Source of the DNA: Myxococcota bacterium
Lineage (GTDB): Bacteria; Myxococcota_A; UBA9160; UBA6930
Assembly (NCBI GenBank): GCA_965223705.1
Contig: OZ245015.1
Coordinates: 2,432,001 to 2,496,000 of the forward strand
DNA length: 64,000 nucleotides
Reading direction: 5' to 3'
The position numbers and the translations under genes are program-made. The notes below the pieces were generated by a model. It made no database searches, had not been told where the DNA came from, and worked only from the letters and a program-made list of their open reading frames with translations. Shown piece by piece: positions 59,750 to 64,000 of this stretch (position 1 is its first letter; each line of letters starts with the position of its first letter).

Positions 59750-60838
59750 TCAGTTTTTCAGAGAGTTTCTGGCCGATGGAAAGGAATTGATTCCCAGTTG
59801 CTCCCGGAAGTCCTCGCTGTCGCGTATGAACTGCTCCTCGAGGGGAATTCCTAGAGCGTTGGCGATCCGGTCGTTCTTGCTGAAGTTCGCTGCGATGATC
59901 GCCGCCGAGACGAGGCCTTCGGGCGAGACTTCTGCCGCGACGCGCCGCCGCGCCTCCTCGAGGTCCCCTTCCGTCGCGGATCCGATCAACGCGTCGGCGA
60001 ACTGAAGGAGAGCCTCTCCCTGGGGGACGCCGATCGGCTTCTTCGAGTCGACGAGCCCCGCGAGGTCCACGTCGTACGACTCGGACTTGGCGCTCTCACG
60101 GAGCACCACCGCGTGGGAAGTCGTTCAGTAGAAGCATTCGTTCAGCGCCGACACCCTCCCGGCGACCAGCTCGACTTGCGATCGGGAGAGACCGGGACAG
60201 TGGGAATAGGAGAAATCGAAGAAGAACTCGAGCGGCAAGTACTGCGCGTCGCCCAGCGCCATGTTCCGCCTGGCCTCGTCGGGCGCGAGGCTCAGCGCGC
60301 GGTAGATGAACGGTTGCATGGCGTCGCCATAGATGGCTCGTCCTTCATCCCCGCCCCGCCGACCGCAGGGAATGCTCGGTACGAACGCCCCTTCGTCGAT
60401 CGCCTTCTCCGGGCGCCGACCCGCGGGTTTTCCCGCCGACGCCTCGGGAAGGGAGACGCTCGGGACACCGATGCCCCGTGCGAACACATCGTGATTCACG
60501 ATGCGGGACACGACGCCGACGACCTCGACGCAGGCGGCGTCGCCGATCTCGGCCAACACGGGCTCGATGCGCTTGTCGTCGAGCTCCTGTGGACGCGCGG
60601 CGACATCGTGGACCCACGCCCGAACCGTATCGGACAGTCGACCGGCGGGTGGCGTTTCATCGCTCCCGGCGGATGAGAACCCCGCCGCGCACCGGGCGGC
60701 GCGGGCTTCGAGTGCGATCGCGCGGCGATCCGCACCGTCCCAGTATTCACCGGCCCGCGTGCACGCTTCGAGATCATCGCCGTGCAAGCGGATCAGCGGA
60801 GCGGGAACGGGCAGCAGTGCGTCGCTGTAGACACGCAT
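59750..60838 (-). CDS. AhpD/CMD-like protein, candidate selenoprotein (Sec238, CxxU)
   Basis: ORFs 60125-60838 and 59750-60109 are in frame. Reading through TGA 60127-60125 gives QVELVAGRVSALNECFY-U-TTSH, matching the AhpD E-x-C-x-Y-C-xxx-H motif. Confidence 0.88.
60097..60115 (-). promoter_or_regulatory. Candidate bacterial SECIS of the AhpD-like gene
   Basis: CACGCGG-TGGTG-CTCCGTG imperfect hairpin starting 9 nt after the UGA, with a G-rich loop. Confidence 0.6.
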
Positions 60839-60865
60839 CGTCAGCTCCTCAGTTGCCGAGCGGCG

Positions 60866-60875
60866 ATGCTACCAT
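60866..60875. promoter_or_regulatory. Overlapping bidirectional extended -10 elements
   Basis: Plus strand TGcTACCAT and minus strand TGgTAGCAT lie on the same bases, with an SD downstream on each side. Confidence 0.55.
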
Positions 60876-60903
60876 GCTGCCGGGGTACGTCTCGGAGGTT
60901 CCC

Positions 60904-62070
60904 ATGACGACGGTGTTATTCGACGATCGCGCGACCGAAACGAGCGCGGCGACGACGCGCGGCGACGCTTGCTGGGTCGTTGCGCGTGAGCTCCCGGACC
61001 TCACCGGCTGGGAGCACAAACCCGAAGGCGTGTGCCGCGACGAGATGTGCGTCCCGGTCCCTTCGGGCGCGTCGTGGCTCGACGGCGACCTCTTCAACCT
61101 CCATGCATTCGCCGCGCATCGCGGACAGGCGGCAGCGTACGATTCGGCCACCGACACGTGGTCCTTCGGCCCCCCCTCGGGCTCGATGCTCCGGACGGGG
61201 TTCGCCCCGGACTTCGAGTTGCCCGACTTCGACGGAAAACTCCACCGGCTGTCCAACTACCGGGGCAAGAAAGTCCTTCTGATGACGTGGGCCAGCTGGT
61301 GAGGCTGCCGTTACGACCTGCCGGTCTGGCAGGTTCTTCAAGACGAAATGGCCGATCGCGGGTTCACCGTTGTCGCCGTCGCCCTCGATACGGCCGGCGC
61401 GAAAGCAGCGCAATCGTTCGCTTCTGCCACCGACGCGGCCGACGTGCCGCCGCCGATTCGCGCGATCATGGGTTGGAGCGACGAGCTCTGGGACGCCGCA
61501 CGTCGTCCGACCTACCCGAGCTTGCTCGATACGCGGCACCTCGTTGCGCAGCGTTACGACATCACCAACGTTCCGTCCGCGACGTGGATCGATGAAGAGG
61601 GGCGTATCGTGCGTCCGCCCGAAAGTGCCGGTTCCCACGACGTCGTGCGGCACATCGACATCGAGACTTTTGAAGTTCCGCCCGACGTCGTCGAGCGGGG
61701 CCGCGAAGTACGCGCGCGCTACCTCGATGCCGTTCGCGACTGGATCCTCCTCGGGCCGAATAGCCGCTTCGCCCTGACCCCGGAGGAAGTGCAAGCGAGG
61801 CTTTCCGACGTGTCTCCCGAGGCGTCTCTCGCGGCTGCGAACTTCAGCTTGGGCTCCCATCTCTACGAGCTCGGTCATGCCGACGCGGCCAAGGCGTATC
61901 TCGAGGAAGCGGTTCGACTGCGTCCCGAGGCGTGGACCCACCTGCGCCAGAAAATCGCCGTTGCGAACGACGCGGCGGTCGGTGAGATCGCGGCCGATCC
62001 CGAGTACTGGCGCGCCGTACACGCGCTGGGCGATACGCCGTACTACCCGCCCATCGATATGCCGGAGTGA
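60904..62070 (+). CDS. Thioredoxin-fold AhpC/TlpA-like redoxin with TPR-like C-terminus, candidate selenoprotein (Sec133, UGC motif)
   Basis: APDFELPDFDGKLHRLSNYRGKKVLLMTWASW-TGA-GCRYDLPVWQ continues in frame into ORF 61348-62070 (GFTVVAVALD, ITNVP..TWIDEEGRIV); GGAGG SD. Confidence 0.92.
61315..61335 (+). promoter_or_regulatory. Candidate bacterial SECIS of the redoxin gene
   Basis: GACCTGCC-GGTCT-GGCAGGTT 8-bp stem 12 nt after the UGA; GGUCU loop resembles the E. coli fdhF SECIS apex. Confidence 0.85.
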
Positions 62071-63122
62071 CGCGCGGGGAGGTGTTGCCGCGCGTCGCTG
62101 TGATTCCCGGCGACGACGCCGCCCCGGAAGCCATGGAAGCCGCGATGCGGGTTCTCGAGGCGCTGGCACCGCCCGTCACATGGGAACGTCTGCCGGCGGG
62201 CGCCGAGCTCGGCGCGATGCCCGAAGCCTCGCGTGCGGCGTTCGTGGAAGAGCGCATCGATGCCGCGGATTCGGTTCTCTTTGGCGCGACCAACGGAACG
62301 ACTCCCGGCATCGTTCATATGCGCTGGGGCCGGCAGACTTTCGCGAACGTCCGACCGATTCGTTGGCGCCCCGGGTTTCGCTCCCCCTTGGCGGCGCCCG
62401 AATCCATGGACTACGTCATCGTCCGGGAGAACCTCGAGGACCTGTACGTCGGGGTGATGGGGGATCTCGCCGATCTCGTCGAGGCCGGTCTGACGAACCC
62501 GCGCTCCCGCGTCCCGAAATCGAGCGACGGGCGCTATGCCGCGAAGGTCATCACACGAGAGGGCACGGAGCGCGTCGCGCGTTTCTCGTGCGAGCTCGCG
62601 ATGCGTCGGCGCGGAAAGCTCACCGTGTCGGCAAAGACGAACATGCTGCCCGCCACGGATCGCTTCTTCTGCCGCATCGTGCGCGAAGTGGCTTCGGGGT
62701 ATCCCGAACTCGAGTTCGAGGAATTCATCGTCGACGACATGGCGAGCCGGTTGATCCAGAACCCGGGCGCACTCGACGTCCTGCTACTGCCGAACCTCTA
62801 CGGGGATATCCTGTCGGACGAGGCTGCGGCCACACTGGGAGGCCTCGGCCTCGCGCCCTCGGGTTGCTTCGGTGCCGACTTCGCGTATTTCGAACCGTCT
62901 CACGGAACTGCGCCCGACCTCGCGGGCACCGGCATGATCAACCCGACGGCCATGCTCCTCTCGGCCGCGATGCTCCTCGAACACCTCGGCTTGCCGGGCG
63001 ACGCCCTTCGCCTCGACGAAGCCGTCGGACGGGTCTACGCCGAAGGCAGGAGCCTCACCCGAGACCAGGGCGGCACCGCGGGCGCCGCCGCGTTCGCCGA
63101 GGCCGTGTGCGACGTGCTCTAG
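62067..63122 (+). CDS. Isocitrate/isopropylmalate dehydrogenase family protein
   Basis: FANVRP, VRENLEDLY, NLYGDILSD, EPSHGTAPD, INP.A.LLS; GTGA-coupled to the redoxin gene. Confidence 0.9.
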   Translation: MTRGEVLPRVAVIPGDDAAPEAMEAAMRVLEALAPPVTWERLPAGAELGAMPEASRAAFVEERIDAADSVLFGATNGTTPGIVHMRWGRQTFANVRPIRWRPGFRSPLAAPESMDYVIVRENLEDLYVGVMGDLADLVEAGLTNPRSRVPKSSDGRYAAKVITREGTERVARFSCELAMRRRGKLTVSAKTNMLPATDRFFCRIVREVASGYPELEFEEFIVDDMASRLIQNPGALDVLLLPNLYGDILSDEAAATLGGLGLAPSGCFGADFAYFEPSHGTAPDLAGTGMINPTAMLLSAAMLLEHLGLPGDALRLDEAVGRVYAEGRSLTRDQGGTAGAAAFAEAVCDVL

Positions 63123-63250
63123 GTGATACGCTTCGCGACCCAACCCGGAGGAAACTGAGTGGCAGCGGCAATGCCGGCGGGGAATCCGATCGAGGTCGCC
63201 TGCGGGAATTCACAGCCCCCGACCGCGCGGCGATGAAGAACGGGTAAGGC

Positions 63251-64000
63251 ATGGGAGAGTTCGCGGGACGCCGCGTCCTCATCACGGGATCGACCCGCGG
63301 AATCGGCAACGCCCTCGCTCGACACTTCATCCGCGAAGGGGCGAGCGTGGCCGTCCACGGTCGGCGCGCGGACACCGTCGAACAGGCGATGACCGAACTG
63401 GGCGCGACCTGCGGCGCTCACGGTGATCTCCAGTCTGCCGACGGATGCGCGTCGGTGGTCGCGGACGCACTTCGCGGACTGGGCGGCCTCGACACCCTCA
63501 TCAACAACGCCGGCGTGTTTCCCATCGCGAGCGTCGAGGACACCGACGAGGCGACTTGGGACGAGGCGATGGCCGCCAACGTCAAGAGCGCGTTTTTCGC
63601 GACCCGGGCCGCGCTCCCCGCGCTGCGCGAACGCGGGGGAGTGGTCATCAACCACGCTTCCATCGCGGGACTCATCGGGTTGTCAAACGTCGCCGCGTAC
63701 TGCGCTTCAAAGGGCGCCGTCGTCAATTTGACACGCGCTCTCGCCATGGAACTCGCGCCAGAAGTCCGCGTGAACTGCGTGTGTCCGACCACCGTCGACA
63801 ACGAGATGGGCTGGACCGGCTTTCGGCGGTCCGAGGATCCCGAGGCCGCCTACGCAGCGTTCGCCGAAGGGGCGAAGCTCAAACGCTTGGCCACCGAAGC
63901 GGACGTGGTCGAGGCGATCGCGTTTCTCGCGTCGCCCCGCGCGGCGTTCATGAACGGCGTGGCCCTACCTGTCGACGGCGGTAAATCCGCCGGGGCTTGA
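63251..64000 (+). CDS. Short-chain dehydrogenase/reductase
   Basis: TGSTRGIG, NNAG, YCASK, VDGG. Confidence 0.93.
   Translation: MGEFAGRRVLITGSTRGIGNALARHFIREGASVAVHGRRADTVEQAMTELGATCGAHGDLQSADGCASVVADALRGLGGLDTLINNAGVFPIASVEDTDEATWDEAMAANVKSAFFATRAALPALRERGGVVINHASIAGLIGLSNVAAYCASKGAVVNLTRALAMELAPEVRVNCVCPTTVDNEMGWTGFRRSEDPEAAYAAFAEGAKLKRLATEADVVEAIAFLASPRAAFMNGVALPVDGGKSAGA

Noticed and set aside
60125..61302. Reading the two in-frame TGAs as pseudogene nonsense mutations or as genetic code 4/25
   Set aside because: Both fall on catalytic-Cys positions with downstream hairpins, and TGA is a normal stop in many other genes in this window.

Overview
High-GC, very gene-dense bacterial window from a diderm host, judged by its outer-membrane beta-barrel and lipoprotein genes. 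It holds about 58 mostly catabolic or redox genes: five luciferase-like/NtaA monooxygenases, two family III CoA-transferases, a PQQ quinohemoprotein dehydrogenase, a hydantoinase A/B-amidase operon, PutA, GdhA, a GcvT-family oxidoreductase, a DUF1302/DUF1329 pair and a ModE-porin-TupA tungstate locus. The strongest hidden signal is at 59750-62070. Four ORF-track fragments there join, by in-frame UGA readthrough, into two head-to-head candidate selenoprotein genes: an AhpD-like protein (C-F-Y-U-T-T-S-H) and a thioredoxin-fold redoxin (W-A-S-W-U-G-C). Each UGA is followed by a SECIS-like hairpin, and the genes share a 65-bp spacer with overlapping bidirectional -10 boxes. Other observations are a dispersed palindromic repeat between convergent genes, a ModE-like gene with no canonical start codon, and several leaderless-type promoters. 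I recognised no rRNA, tRNA, CRISPR array or transposase. All family calls come from motif recognition by eye, not from database searches.
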